From the NCBI GenBank assembly GCA_963700985.1, contig OY969554.1, positions 672,001-736,000 on the forward strand: a DNA stretch of 64,000 bases, in the 5' to 3' direction. The translations under genes were made by a program, and so were the position numbers. The stretch's first letter is position 1; each line of letters begins with the position of its first letter. Positions 19,791 to 30,146 of the stretch are shown one piece after another. The stretch is from an uncultured Chlamydiales bacterium. GTDB taxonomy: Bacteria > Chlamydiota > Chlamydiia > Chlamydiales > Rhabdochlamydiaceae. The notes below the pieces were generated by a model, which had not been told where the DNA came from, did not search any database, and saw nothing but the letters and a program-made list of their open reading frames with translations.

Positions 19791-20163
19791 CGCTTCAATC
19801 CGCGGGCTTGGCAACGATATCATTGAAATCGAGCGCATCCGTGACAGCATTAAGCAACACGGAGATCGCTTCATAGAGAGACTTTTCACATCCAAAGAAC
19901 AGTCTTATGCACAAAAGCATGAAGATTCTGTCAGCCACTTCGCTGGTCGCTTTGCTGCCAAAGAAGCCATCGCTAAAGCATTCGGCACGGGCTTTGGCGA
20001 ACATCTGTCATGGAAAGATATTGAAATCCTCAACGACGATAAAGGCAGACCACATGTCACTTTCTCTGAGCGCTTAAAATCTTCCTTTAATAATCCTGAA
20101 GTTCTTCTCTCGATCAGCCATTGCAAGCACTACGCCAGCGCTGTAGCCATCTGGACCAACTAA
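19783..20163 (+). CDS. acpS: Holo-ACP synthase
   Basis: GLGNDIIEIERI, AGRFAAKEAIAKAFGTG, LSISH; start at ATG 19783 after AGGAG. Confidence 0.95.
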   Translation: MSNASIRGLGNDIIEIERIRDSIKQHGDRFIERLFTSKEQSYAQKHEDSVSHFAGRFAAKEAIAKAFGTGFGEHLSWKDIEILNDDKGRPHVTFSERLKSSFNNPEVLLSISHCKHYASAVAIWTN

Positions 20164-20204
20164 AAAAAATCCTTACAGAGATCGCCTGACTGAAGAGATA
20201 AAAG

Positions 20205-20318
20205 TAACAGGATATATAGGATCAGGCAGGATCAGGCAGGATATGAAGGATAGAAGAAATATCTTGCGTATCCTGCCGCTTTGCGATCCTGCATATCCTG
20301 TAAATGATTTACCAATAA
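20205..20318. repeat. Palindromic intergenic element, CAGGAT/ATCCTG family, copy 1
   Basis: Tandem (C)AGGAT units on the left arm, (T)ATCCTG units on the right; 3' end nearly identical to 50848-50989. Confidence 0.8.
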
Positions 20319-20353
20319 GGCCCGGCTCTATCGACACCGTTTAAAAAATCTGC

Positions 20354-20713
20354 TTATTTTTCCCAGATGATGTGGCCCGTGTGACGGCTCACGCAGCTAA
20401 GATAGCTCTTAAAACCTGAGCGAGCTTTGGAAAAGATGAAGATGTAATTATCGCGCACTTGCCAGGAGATGATCTTGGCATGAAACTTAGCATCCCATAA
20501 GCGAGCGCCGTAATAGTCATATGCCGTTACATGATCGCTTGAGTCAAAACTGGAAACAATGTAAACCGTGTCGCTGGAAACATGCATGCGATCTTGTTTG
20601 AGATCAAAATCGGCAAACTCGGCCGGCATTGTGTTGGGTATTCTGTTATCACTGGAAGCCATAGCTAAGGCTGCACAGCTCAGAAAAAGACACACGAAGT
20701 ATTTGGTTCTCAT
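20354..20713 (-). CDS. Small exported hypothetical protein
   Basis: Signal peptide; beta-rich body with PQQ-propeller-like GARLW and TGHIIWEK. Confidence 0.7.
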   Translation of the reverse strand: MRTKYFVCLFLSCAALAMASSDNRIPNTMPAEFADFDLKQDRMHVSSDTVYIVSSFDSSDHVTAYDYYGARLWDAKFHAKIISWQVRDNYIFIFSKARSGFKSYLSCVSRHTGHIIWEK

Positions 20714-20724
20714 AAATCCCCACG

Positions 20725-21543
20725 TTAGAAAAACGAAAAGGGCAGATGATACCAGATTGTGAAATAATTACTACGTTCTGGATAAGCATGCGCAAATACG
20801 CGATGGGCATACTCGAATGTAAGCTTTCCCCAGACTAGGAAATGGCGTGCGTAAGCGACGCCCACATCTACAGACTGGTGATGAATTGAGGCATAGCCAT
20901 GAAAGTGCGGCACATTCACGTGATTTTTATGACCGTAGCCAAAATCTCCACGTGTGAAGAGATGGAATTGATGCTTGTCGTTGTAATTGGTTTCGATCGC
21001 AGCAAAAAAGCGATTCCAGGGCGCTCCATGGTTGGCAATCCCCACCGTACCAAAAGCGTAGCTGCGCACATTCCAATATGGTCCCCGGCTCCACTCCTTG
21101 CCCAAACTTAAATTTAATTCAAAATTCGCCTCAGCAGGATACGGACAACTAATATCCCTTAAACTACTGTGATGCACGCCGCGGATGCTTACACCGGTGG
21201 TCAGACTGATAGGATCACCGATGATATCATCTAGCCAAAGATAGCGAGCTTGAATCGCCACGCTGCGCAGATTCCAAGATTGGCGTGTGGTGTCAGAGAC
21301 TTCTGCTTCGATCGCCATATCCAAAGAGTCTGTGGGTGTAAATCCTAATCCAGCGATGAACTGGTTGTCATTCGAAGAGTGCTTTGTGCCTGGCTCTCCG
21401 TTTGCGACATGTCGATAATAGCTAAAGGTATATTCAGCATCGAAAAAAAACTCATAGACATTCCCCAGCCATGGCTTCTTAGGAAGCGCAGATAGCAATT
21501 GAGGAATGCAAAAGAAAATGGCAAGCAGACTCTTTTTAATCAA
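20725..21543 (-). CDS. Putative outer-membrane beta-barrel protein
   Basis: Signal peptide, aromatic-rich beta strands, C-terminal Phe. Confidence 0.65.
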   Translation of the reverse strand: MIKKSLLAIFFCIPQLLSALPKKPWLGNVYEFFFDAEYTFSYYRHVANGEPGTKHSSNDNQFIAGLGFTPTDSLDMAIEAEVSDTTRQSWNLRSVAIQARYLWLDDIIGDPISLTTGVSIRGVHHSSLRDISCPYPAEANFELNLSLGKEWSRGPYWNVRSYAFGTVGIANHGAPWNRFFAAIETNYNDKHQFHLFTRGDFGYGHKNHVNVPHFHGYASIHHQSVDVGVAYARHFLVWGKLTFEYAHRVFAHAYPERSNYFTIWYHLPFSFF

Positions 21544-22493
21544 TCGATGAGACCCTTCGATGAAAGCCAGCGCTCTGCGTCCAGGGCCGCCATGCAGCCA
21601 GATCCAGCCGCAGAAATGGCTTGTCTATATACAGGATCTTGCACATCTCCTGCTGCGAACACGCCTTCGATATTTGTGTTCGTACAGCCAGCTACAACTT
21701 TGATATACCCCTTCTCATTCAAGCCAACTTGACCGCCTAAAAATTTGGTGTTTGGCTCATGGCCAATGGCAAAAAAGACGCCACCTGCCACGCGCTTGGT
21801 CTCTTGATTTGTCTTAATATCTTTTAGAACAACTGCACGCACTACGCTATCTCCCTCAACACGCACAAGTTCGCTATTCCAGATGATTTCAACTTTTGGG
21901 TTACGCAGCGCCCGTTCAATCATAATCTTAGAGGCGCGCAAATGATCTCTTCGGTGGACGATATACACTTTGCAGCCAAATTTCGTTAAGAAAACAGCCT
22001 CTTCGACTGCGCTATCGCCGCCCCCAATTACATAGAGCTCTTTATCGCGGAAAATCGGCATGGCGCCATCGCATACGGCACAGGCAGTAACACCCTTTTG
22101 CCAAAACTCACCCTCTTTTGAACCAGGTACATCGAGGCGCTTAGCAGTGGCACCGGTAGCAATGATAATAGATTCTGTTTGAACAGTAGTAGGGCTGCCT
22201 TTCACTACAAAGGGACGATTTGAAAGCTCAATGCTAAGCACATCTTCTGTCAAGATCGTGGTGCCAAAGCGCTCTGCTTGACGACGGAACCTATCCATTA
22301 GCTCAGGCCCAGTAATTCCCTCTGGAAAGCCCGGATAGTTCTCTACTTCCGTGGTAGTCATGAGCTGTCCACCAGGCACACCGGCATAAAAGCCCTCATA
22401 AACGAGAGGGAATAAATTCGCGCGAGCCGCGTAAATTGCCGCGGTGTAGGCAGCCGGTCCAGACCCAATAATTACTACTTTTCTTTTATCCAT
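21540..22493 (-). CDS. trxB: Thioredoxin reductase
   Basis: [40 protein letters not shown]. Confidence 0.97.
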   Translation of the reverse strand: MDKRKVVIIGSGPAAYTAAIYAARANLFPLVYEGFYAGVPGGQLMTTTEVENYPGFPEGITGPELMDRFRRQAERFGTTILTEDVLSIELSNRPFVVKGSPTTVQTESIIIATGATAKRLDVPGSKEGEFWQKGVTACAVCDGAMPIFRDKELYVIGGGDSAVEEAVFLTKFGCKVYIVHRRDHLRASKIMIERALRNPKVEIIWNSELVRVEGDSVVRAVVLKDIKTNQETKRVAGGVFFAIGHEPNTKFLGGQVGLNEKGYIKVVAGCTNTNIEGVFAAGDVQDPVYRQAISAAGSGCMAALDAERWLSSKGLID

Positions 22494-22683
22494 CTTTTTT
22501 CCAACTTAAGTCTTAAGAGGCTGTTGTAAAACTTCAATTCGGGTCCAAATTGGACTCCACAGCAAGTTCTGCAACTGGCTCATGAGTGAATTTTTTACAC
22601 AGAAAAGCATATTTCGACTAGCGAAATCAAGTCGAGAGGCGTAAAATGAGTTTTCTACGCACCGACTTTGGCCAAAAGGACCT

Positions 22684-23775
22684 ATGAGAAGCATAAAGCT
22701 TGAGAACTTAAAAAAGACGATCAACGGCGGCCTCATCATCGATGGGATCGACCTCACCATACCCGCTGGAAAGTTTTTTGCACTGCTTGGACCAAGCGGC
22801 TGCGGGAAAACCACGCTGCTGCGTCTGATTGCAGGACTCGAAACAGCAGATTCTGGTGCAATCTACCTCGGCTCTCAAGATATCACGCATCTGCCTATTC
22901 ACGAGCGCCCGATTAACATCGTGTTTCAAAACTATGCGCTTTTCCCGCATCTGAATGTATTTGAAAATGTGGCTTATAGCCTGAAACTTAAAAAATTGCC
23001 GAAAGCTGAAATTGAGCAGAAAGTCTTCAAAATCCTCGAGGCTTTCCATCTTGAAAACCACATCTACAAGCTCACCAGTCAACTCTCTGGCGGACAGCAG
23101 CAGCGCGTGGCGCTTGCGCGCGCCATTGTAAATGAACCCGATGTACTTCTGCTCGATGAGCCTCTTGCCGCGCTAGATTTTAAACTTCGCGAGCGCATGC
23201 TGATCGAACTAATCGAGCTGCAAGACAAACTCAAAACGACCTTCGTCTATGTGACGCATGATCAGTTCGAAGCGCTAACTGTGGCAGATCAGATGGCAAT
23301 TATGAATCACAATGGTGTCATTGAACAGATCGGCAAACCAAAAGAGATCTACGAATTTCCGGTTAGCTCATTTGTTGCCAAATTTGTCGGCACAACGAAT
23401 ATCCTCAGCGGCAAGCTTAAAAACCTAGATCACGAACCAGAGATTGAGATCCCTGATCTCGGCCGCTTCAAAATCACCATCCCACAACGTAAAGAGTGGA
23501 TGCATGAAAATTGCGATATTCTGTTGAGCTTGCGCCCAGAAAAGATCTTCATCTCTAAAAATGAAGTTAAAAACTTCTCTAACAGCGTTAAAGGCATCGT
23601 GCAATCGATCGTCTACCACGGCCGCTCTACGCAATACAATGTGCTGCTCAAAAACCATCTTCGCTTGCAAGTCTTCGAACAGAATGAAGAACACTTCCCC
23701 CAGGAAGTAATCGATTATGACAACGAAGTGACGCTCTATTGGCAAAAAGAGAACGTGGTTATCTTAGAAAAATGA
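22684..23775 (+). CDS. potA: Spermidine/putrescine ABC transporter ATP-binding subunit
   Basis: GPSGCGKTT, LSGGQQQRVALARA, LLLDEP; TOBE-like tail; operon context. Confidence 0.9.
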   Translation: MRSIKLENLKKTINGGLIIDGIDLTIPAGKFFALLGPSGCGKTTLLRLIAGLETADSGAIYLGSQDITHLPIHERPINIVFQNYALFPHLNVFENVAYSLKLKKLPKAEIEQKVFKILEAFHLENHIYKLTSQLSGGQQQRVALARAIVNEPDVLLLDEPLAALDFKLRERMLIELIELQDKLKTTFVYVTHDQFEALTVADQMAIMNHNGVIEQIGKPKEIYEFPVSSFVAKFVGTTNILSGKLKNLDHEPEIEIPDLGRFKITIPQRKEWMHENCDILLSLRPEKIFISKNEVKNFSNSVKGIVQSIVYHGRSTQYNVLLKNHLRLQVFEQNEEHFPQEVIDYDNEVTLYWQKENVVILEK

Positions 23776-24650
23776 AAATTAAATTCCTGCCCAAGCCACC
23801 TACTTCTGAAGCGCCATTTGCATTTGGTATGCCTGCTTTGATCTGGCAGATCCTCTTTTTCTATCTGCCGATTTTCTTGATCGTGATCTCAAGCTTTTTG
23901 CAGTTTTCAACCAGCGGACAGATCGAAGGTCTAACATTAGAAAAGCTACTCCCCTTCTTTTCGCCCACCTATCTGCGCGTAATTGGCTATTCACTTCTGC
24001 TAGCATTAAGCAACGCCCTACTCTGCTTACTCATTGGCTATCCTTTGGCACATTTTCTGGCCTTCCGAGGTAAGAAATATAAAAATCTCTTCCTCTTTCT
24101 GCTCATCGTTCCTTTCTGGACCAACTTTTTACTGCATGTGTACGCCTGGTTTTTTGTACTCGAACGCGAAGGCTTTCTCAATTGCCTATTGATGAAGTTA
24201 GGCATCATTCAAGAACCCTTGCATATGCTCAACTCGGTCTTTGCCATTATGGTGATGATGGTCTACTACTACCTCCCCTTCATGATTCTGCCGATCTACT
24301 CCTCTTTAGAACGCTTTGACTATCGACTGATCGAAGCCTCTTTTGATCTAGGCGCCAGCTGGCTACAAACATTTAGACGGATTATGCTACCACTGAGCCT
24401 TCGCGGCATCCGGGCGGGCTTCTTTCTGGTTTTTATCCCCTCATTTGGTGAATTTGCAATCCCAGAGCTTATGGGCGGAGATAAGCTAATGTTTGTAGGT
24501 AGCGTGGTATCGCATTATATTCTAGGTGAAGACACTGGTGAACTGGGAGCTGCCTTCATGGTGGTGGCGAGTCTTTTTCTGGTCATTTCTGCTGGCTGCC
24601 TCTATCTACTTATCAACCGTCTATTCATGCCGAGGTCACGACATGCATAG
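23772..24650 (+). CDS. potB: Spermidine/putrescine ABC transporter permease
   Basis: PFWTNFL, LPFMILPIY, EASFDLGA; ATG overlaps the potA stop. Confidence 0.9.
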   Translation: MKIKFLPKPPTSEAPFAFGMPALIWQILFFYLPIFLIVISSFLQFSTSGQIEGLTLEKLLPFFSPTYLRVIGYSLLLALSNALLCLLIGYPLAHFLAFRGKKYKNLFLFLLIVPFWTNFLLHVYAWFFVLEREGFLNCLLMKLGIIQEPLHMLNSVFAIMVMMVYYYLPFMILPIYSSLERFDYRLIEASFDLGASWLQTFRRIMLPLSLRGIRAGFFLVFIPSFGEFAIPELMGGDKLMFVGSVVSHYILGEDTGELGAAFMVVASLFLVISAGCLYLLINRLFMPRSRHA

Positions 24651-25428
24651 CACAAAACGCTTAGGAAAAATTGGCAGTCTGATCGGTGTTGCCGCCATCT
24701 ACCTCTTTTTATATGTGCCAATACTCGTGCTGCTGGTTTTCTCTTTCAACAGCGAAGGCTTTCCCTCGCCCTGGAAAAGCTTTACACTTAAATGGTATGT
24801 CGAACTCTTCGAGTCGGTCTATCTCTGGAAAGCATTTGGCAACTCGCTCATCGTGGCCGTCTTTTCGACCATGATTAGCTTAGCGATCGGCGTTTTATTA
24901 ATTTTTTATGCAGCTCAAGGCGGACGCGTCGGCAAATACCTCGCGCTCTTTTATGGAAATCTGATCATCCCTGAAACCGTGCTGGCAGTGAGCTTGCTTA
25001 CCTTCTTCACGATGATCTCTGTCCCCTTAGGGCTTACCACACTGATTGTCGCACACACTGTGCTCGGACTGGGCTTTGTCATTCCCATCGTGTATGCGCG
25101 CTTTCTTGAACTCGATTACAACTTAACGGAAGCTTCACTCGTCTTAGGAGCCTCACCTATTCAGACCTTCTTCAAGGTCACGCTTCCTCTGCTTACGCCT
25201 TCACTCATCGCAACCGCACTGCTTGTTTTCATCATCTCATTCGATGATTTCATCCTCTCCTACTTCACCGCGGGCAGCTCTTCGCAAACACTCTCACTCT
25301 ACATTCTCTCCATGCTGCGCTCGGGTGTTTCCCCTGTGGTTAATGCTCTTTCTGCACTGCTGCTCTTTTTAAGCAGTTTGCTGGTGCTTCTCTTCTTCTC
25401 TTTAAAAACCCGCATACGGTTCTTCTAA
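24643..25428 (+). CDS. potC: Spermidine/putrescine ABC transporter permease
   Basis: FLYVPI, FTLKWY, EASLVLGA, SFDDF. Confidence 0.9.
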   Translation: MHSTKRLGKIGSLIGVAAIYLFLYVPILVLLVFSFNSEGFPSPWKSFTLKWYVELFESVYLWKAFGNSLIVAVFSTMISLAIGVLLIFYAAQGGRVGKYLALFYGNLIIPETVLAVSLLTFFTMISVPLGLTTLIVAHTVLGLGFVIPIVYARFLELDYNLTEASLVLGASPIQTFFKVTLPLLTPSLIATALLVFIISFDDFILSYFTAGSSSQTLSLYILSMLRSGVSPVVNALSALLLFLSSLLVLLFFSLKTRIRFF

Positions 25429-25429
25429 T

Positions 25430-26503
25430 ATGAAATGGATCATCCGCTGCGGTGTTATCACATTTTGGTTGGTACTGATCTTCGCGGCCCTGTATGCGCC
25501 CAAGTGGGAAGTCGTGCATTTTGAGCCAAAAAGCATCAACGTCTTTGCTTGGGGCGATATCCTCGACCCTTCAGTAATCGCTGAGTTTGAAAAAGAGACC
25601 GGCATCAAAATTTATCTGAACTACTACTCTTCAAATGAAGAGCTACTAGTGAAAATGAAAGCCACGCGCGGCGAAGGCTACGATCTCGTCATCCCTTCTG
25701 ATTATGTCGTTCCGCTACTGGCCAAAGAAGGCTTATTGAAAGAGATCAATAAAGAGAAAGTCTTCTTCTTTGGAGAGATCAACCCTCTTCTATTAGGTCA
25801 TGGCTACGATCCGGAAAATCGCTATTGCATCCCCTTTGAGTGGGAGATCTTCGGCCTTGGCATCAACAAAAATTCATTCTTGGATAAACCCTTCGATCCC
25901 AGCTGGAAAGCCATTTTTGACCAGCAACAGATCAATTATAAGATCACCATGCTCAACGATCCAATCGAGACGGTCCTACTTGCCGCCTTCTATCTCTATG
26001 GCGCCATCGACGAGTTAGATCCTGCGCAAGCTCAAAGCGTTAAAAACTTACTCCTCACTCAAAAAAGTTGGGTGGAAGCGTATGCCGATTTTCGCGGCGA
26101 TTATTTTCTGGTTACTAAGAACTGCCCCGTGGTGGTCGCTTCTAGCTCTTACATTTGGCGCGCCAAGCGCAAATTCCCCTACATCGACTTCGTGGTTCCC
26201 AAAGAAGGCAGCTTCCTCTCCATCGAAAACATCTCGATTCCCGAAGCTAGCCAGAAAGAAGATCTCGTCTATGAGTTCATCAACTACCTCTTCCGCCTCT
26301 CGTCAATCAAAAGACATTACGACACCTATGGATTTTTCCCTGCCATTCTCCATCCCACCTTTCTGCGCTCGCTCGATCCCGCAGATCGCGATCTCATCGA
26401 ATCTTCTTTAAGCAAATTTAGAAATTACCACTTCACGAAAGTGCTGCTGCCCTACAAAGAGCTGCAGCACATGTGGGTAGAACTCAAGACTCACCCAGAA
26501 TAA
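25430..26503 (+). CDS. potD: Spermidine/putrescine-binding protein
   Basis: FAWGD, FEKETGIKI, SNEELL, GYDLVIPSDY, PKEG. Confidence 0.88.
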   Translation: MKWIIRCGVITFWLVLIFAALYAPKWEVVHFEPKSINVFAWGDILDPSVIAEFEKETGIKIYLNYYSSNEELLVKMKATRGEGYDLVIPSDYVVPLLAKEGLLKEINKEKVFFFGEINPLLLGHGYDPENRYCIPFEWEIFGLGINKNSFLDKPFDPSWKAIFDQQQINYKITMLNDPIETVLLAAFYLYGAIDELDPAQAQSVKNLLLTQKSWVEAYADFRGDYFLVTKNCPVVVASSSYIWRAKRKFPYIDFVVPKEGSFLSIENISIPEASQKEDLVYEFINYLFRLSSIKRHYDTYGFFPAILHPTFLRSLDPADRDLIESSLSKFRNYHFTKVLLPYKELQHMWVELKTHPE

Positions 26504-26527
26504 TTTTTCAGAAATACCACGGACTTT

Positions 26528-26872
26528 ATGACTACACCTTCTACTACTTTAGATTCATCTGTTGTAACTTCCTCAAATCCAGCATTACTATCCCAAGAAA
26601 TGCCAGCTGCACAATCTAGCGGTGTTCCTGCAGGCTTGAGTGATGTTGCATCCAGCCTTGAATCCATTGAAACTGCGATTGCCGATTCTAATAATCAAGA
26701 ATTAAAGGACCTGCAAGAGTTGTTTTTTTCTTTACCCAGACCTTTTTATACATTCTCTGTTCACACTTCACAGCCAGAGTCCAGACGTGCAGATATGCCA
26801 CAACCATTTGTGCGTTCAGATGAAATTCAAGAACTAAAACGATTTCAAGAATTGGGCAGTTTTACAGAATAA
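26528..26872 (+). CDS. Small Ser/Thr-rich hypothetical protein
   Basis: 114-aa ORF, low-complexity N-terminus, internal QELKxxQEL duplication. Confidence 0.55.
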   Translation: MTTPSTTLDSSVVTSSNPALLSQEMPAAQSSGVPAGLSDVASSLESIETAIADSNNQELKDLQELFFSLPRPFYTFSVHTSQPESRRADMPQPFVRSDEIQELKRFQELGSFTE

Positions 26873-26886
26873 TTCCTGGGAAAAGC

Positions 26887-26920
26887 AAAAGAGCTCCCAA
26901 ACGAATAGGAGCTCTTTTTT
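26887..26920. terminator. Bidirectional intrinsic terminator
   Basis: AAAAGAGCTCC...GGAGCTCTTTTTT between convergent genes. Confidence 0.75.
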
Positions 26921-26940
26921 CCAGAATCTAGAACAGATTA

Positions 26941-27189
26941 TTAAGCTTTCTTCTTCTGAATGTAAGCAACGACGTCGCCTACAGTCTTTAGCTTTTCAGC
27001 CTCTTCTTCAGAGATCTCAAAGCCAAAGCGCTCTTCAAAAGTCATAATCAACTCTGTCAAATCTAGTGAATCTGCATTAAGGTCTTCTACGAAAGACTTT
27101 TGCAGTGTTACGTCAGCTGCATCTACACCTAACTGTTCGGTGACGATGTCGATGACTTCTTTTTCAATTGTCATGGTCTTTTCTTCCAT
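26941..27189 (-). CDS. acpP: Acyl carrier protein
   Basis: [12 protein letters not shown] phosphopantetheine site. Confidence 0.96.
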   Translation of the reverse strand: MEEKTMTIEKEVIDIVTEQLGVDAADVTLQKSFVEDLNADSLDLTELIMTFEERFGFEISEEEAEKLKTVGDVVAYIQKKKA

Positions 27190-27234
27190 ATCTTCACGCT
27201 CCTTTCAAAAAAATAACTGTAAACAATAAATAAC

Positions 27235-27990
27235 TTACATCACCATTCCGCCGTCAACCGTCAAAACTTGTCCTGTGATGTAATTGGACAAGTGACACCC
27301 TAAAAAGACTGCGGCATCTGCAATCTCATCTGGAGAGCCCATGCGGCCCATGGGAATTTTTTTAAGGATGCCTTCCCTCTGTTGATCTGTAAGTGTGTCT
27401 GTCATGCGCGTCTTAATAAAGCCGGGCGCAATACAATTTACACAAATTCCACGTGTGGCAAGCTCTTGAGCGAGCGCCTTCGTAAATCCAATCATTCCTG
27501 ACTTGGATGCAGCATAATTCACCTGCCCTGCATTTCCTGTCAAGCCAACGACTGAAGAGATATTAATGATTTTTCCACTTCTGGCCTTGAGCATAGGTCT
27601 AATCAGTGTTTGGCATGTATTAAAAATGGATTTTAGATTCACATCCATCACCTCATCCCAATCGCTTTCGCTCATGCGCATGAGAAGGTTATCGCGCGTA
27701 ATACCCGCATTGTTCACTAAAATATCAAAGGTGCCAAAATGCGTGAGCAAATGTTGGATTGAAGCTTCAACAGCCTGTTTATCAGAAACGTTGACGATCT
27801 CAGTGAAAAATTTCTGTTCTGGCGATACTCGAGCCTGTTCGAGTTCTTTGAGCACTTCGGCTGATCTCTCTGCATTCGTTCCAAAAATAGCAACATGTGC
27901 ACCTTCACGCGCATAGCGCAGCGCAATCTCTTTACCGATGCCGGCAGTTCCACCTGTGATTAGAGCTTTTTTATCTTTGAGCAGGGTCAT
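27235..27990 (-). CDS. fabG: 3-oxoacyl-ACP reductase
   Basis: TGGTAGIG, NNAGITRD, YAASK. Confidence 0.96.
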   Translation of the reverse strand: MTLLKDKKALITGGTAGIGKEIALRYAREGAHVAIFGTNAERSAEVLKELEQARVSPEQKFFTEIVNVSDKQAVEASIQHLLTHFGTFDILVNNAGITRDNLLMRMSESDWDEVMDVNLKSIFNTCQTLIRPMLKARSGKIINISSVVGLTGNAGQVNYAASKSGMIGFTKALAQELATRGICVNCIAPGFIKTRMTDTLTDQQREGILKKIPMGRMGSPDEIADAAVFLGCHLSNYITGQVLTVDGGMVM

Positions 27991-27994
27991 CTGG

Positions 27995-28942
27995 TCATAC
28001 TCCTTGAGCTGAAGGTAGGGATTTTAAGACACTCTCTAGATCTGTGACTTTTTCGATGCTGATTGTGGGAGAAGTAACGCCGATCTTTTTATTCATGCCG
28101 GCTAGCGTCTTACCGCAACCCATTTCTATATAGAGATCGATTCCGTTATTATCCATGCTACGGATGCCTTTTTCCCAGAGCACAGGACTAGTTACCTGTT
28201 TGATCATCGCAGCTTTTAACTCATCTAAAGATCGCACCGTATCGCCATCGGCATTTACCACAACATTAACAAGACTATCGCGCAGTGTAGTGCTCTCAAT
28301 AAATGGTCTAAGTCTCTCTTGGGCTTCACGCATTAGCGGTGAATGAAATGCACCAGAAACATCTAAAGGCAGCACACGTTTAGCGCCGCGCTCTTTAAGC
28401 AACGTGGCTGCTATCTCAATATCTACCTCTTTACCTGCAATCACAACTTGGCCTGGGCAATTTAGGTTTGCGATCCATACGCCATTTAATGTTGCGAGTG
28501 CTTGTGCGACAGCTTCGACTTCTAAGCCTAAAACAACGCGCATGGTTCCCGGTGAAGAGATGCACGCTTCGTGCATGAACTGACCTCTGGCTTTCACCAG
28601 CATCAAGCAGTCGGCAAAAGAGATCTTATGTGCAGCAGTTAAAGCGGTATATTCACCTAAGCTCAATCCTGCACATACTGCAGGCTGAATAGAGGGAAAC
28701 TGCTCTTGAAATGTGCGCCAGATAGCCACGCTGACAATATAGATAGCGAGCTGGCTGTTCTTGGTTAAAGTAAGCTCTTCTGATGGACCATTAAAAATTA
28801 GTTCAGAAAATGCATAGGAGAGTAGATCGTCAGCCTCTTCAAACGTGTGGCGTGCTGTTGCGAATTGGTCAGAGAAATCTCTGCCCATATTGACATATTG
28901 CGCTCCTTGTCCCGGAAAGAGAAAAGCAAATCTATTACTCAT
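27995..28942 (-). CDS. fabD: Malonyl-CoA:ACP transacylase
   Basis: FPGQGAQ, GLSLGEY, VSGAFHS. Confidence 0.96.
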   Translation of the reverse strand: MSNRFAFLFPGQGAQYVNMGRDFSDQFATARHTFEEADDLLSYAFSELIFNGPSEELTLTKNSQLAIYIVSVAIWRTFQEQFPSIQPAVCAGLSLGEYTALTAAHKISFADCLMLVKARGQFMHEACISSPGTMRVVLGLEVEAVAQALATLNGVWIANLNCPGQVVIAGKEVDIEIAATLLKERGAKRVLPLDVSGAFHSPLMREAQERLRPFIESTTLRDSLVNVVVNADGDTVRSLDELKAAMIKQVTSPVLWEKGIRSMDNNGIDLYIEMGCGKTLAGMNKKIGVTSPTISIEKVTDLESVLKSLPSAQGV

Positions 28943-29937
28943 TAAACCTCATCTTCGTAAGTTAAAATGGAAGCTCCCCAAGTAAGCCCGGCACCAAAAG
29001 CGGTCAGAAGCAGATTTTCTCCCTGCGCAATTTTACGCTCTCGCATGAGCTCATCTAAGGCGATCCCCAGCGAAGATGCTGAGGTGTTCCCATATTTGGA
29101 AATCGTCATATATACGCGTTCCATTGGCACTTGAAAACGTTTGGCCAATGCTTCAAAAATGCGTACGTTAGCTTGGTGTGGTACAATCCAACTAATATCT
29201 TGCTCGGCAAGTTTAGCTCGGTCTAAACATTCTTTTGAGGCAGATTCCATTCGACGCACTGCGTGTTTAAAGACCTCTTTACCTTCCATCTTGAGATAGT
29301 GAAGATCGCTAGCGACTGTTTCTTGCGTAGCTGGTTTGCGTGAACCACCAGCTGGTAAAATAAGTAGTTCGGCTTGTTCACCATCGGCTCCCAAACAAAC
29401 CTCTCGAATCACTAATCCTTTGCCTTTAGCGCTTACAACACAAGCTGCGGCCCCATCTCCGAAGAGAACACACGTATTGCGATCTTTATAGTTAATAATC
29501 GAAGAGAGCTTCTCTGAAGCGACAATTAAAACGTTTTTATAGAGACCAGATTCAACAAAAGCCTTAGCCATCGAAAGCGCATAAATATAGCCGGTGCAGG
29601 CTGCTTGCACATCAAAAGCTGCTGCATTAGGTATTTTAAGAAGCGATTGAATCAGACAACTTGTGCTTGGAAAAATATAATCTGGTGTCAGAGTAGCTAC
29701 TAAAATCAGATCGATCTCCTGAGGAGAAATACCTGCATCTTCAATAGCTTTTTTAGCAGCTTCGAATCCCATGTCAGAGGTGTACTCATCGCTTTCGGCA
29801 ATGCGTCTTTCTTTCATGCCTGTGCGCGAGAAGATCCACTCATCAGATGTCTCAACCATCTTCTCTAGGTCTTGATTGCTCAAGACACGCTTAGGCAAAT
29901 AGGAGCCTAATCCGATGATTCTGGCTTTAACTGACAT
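28942..29937 (-). CDS. fabH: 3-oxoacyl-ACP synthase III
   Basis: AACTG, HQAN, GNTSASS, FGAGLTWG. Confidence 0.96.
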   Translation of the reverse strand: MSVKARIIGLGSYLPKRVLSNQDLEKMVETSDEWIFSRTGMKERRIAESDEYTSDMGFEAAKKAIEDAGISPQEIDLILVATLTPDYIFPSTSCLIQSLLKIPNAAAFDVQAACTGYIYALSMAKAFVESGLYKNVLIVASEKLSSIINYKDRNTCVLFGDGAAACVVSAKGKGLVIREVCLGADGEQAELLILPAGGSRKPATQETVASDLHYLKMEGKEVFKHAVRRMESASKECLDRAKLAEQDISWIVPHQANVRIFEALAKRFQVPMERVYMTISKYGNTSASSLGIALDELMRERKIAQGENLLLTAFGAGLTWGASILTYEDEV

Positions 29938-30146
29938 GCGTTAAGTTCCTAAATATTAAAATTTATTTGTTAAGGTTGCGTCAATTTTACCCTATCTGAG
30001 AAAAAAAACAAAGCTTCAATACTAGTTTTTCAAAGGCAACCCATAGAAAACCTATAGAAAAATATCCAATCTGGAAACCGAGACAAGCAATCGGTTTTTT
30101 TAAAGGGAAATTGTTTTTTACTCGGGGGTTAGTTATTTTAGTCGCT

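Noticed and set aside
20205-20318. Possible CRISPR array from the repeated AGGATCAGGC units
   Set aside because: Units are about 9-10 nt, lack unique spacers and are inverted on the other arm; no cas genes in the window
22684-26503. potABCD as a novel acquisition
   Set aside because: Standard, intact polyamine ABC transporter with no mobility signature
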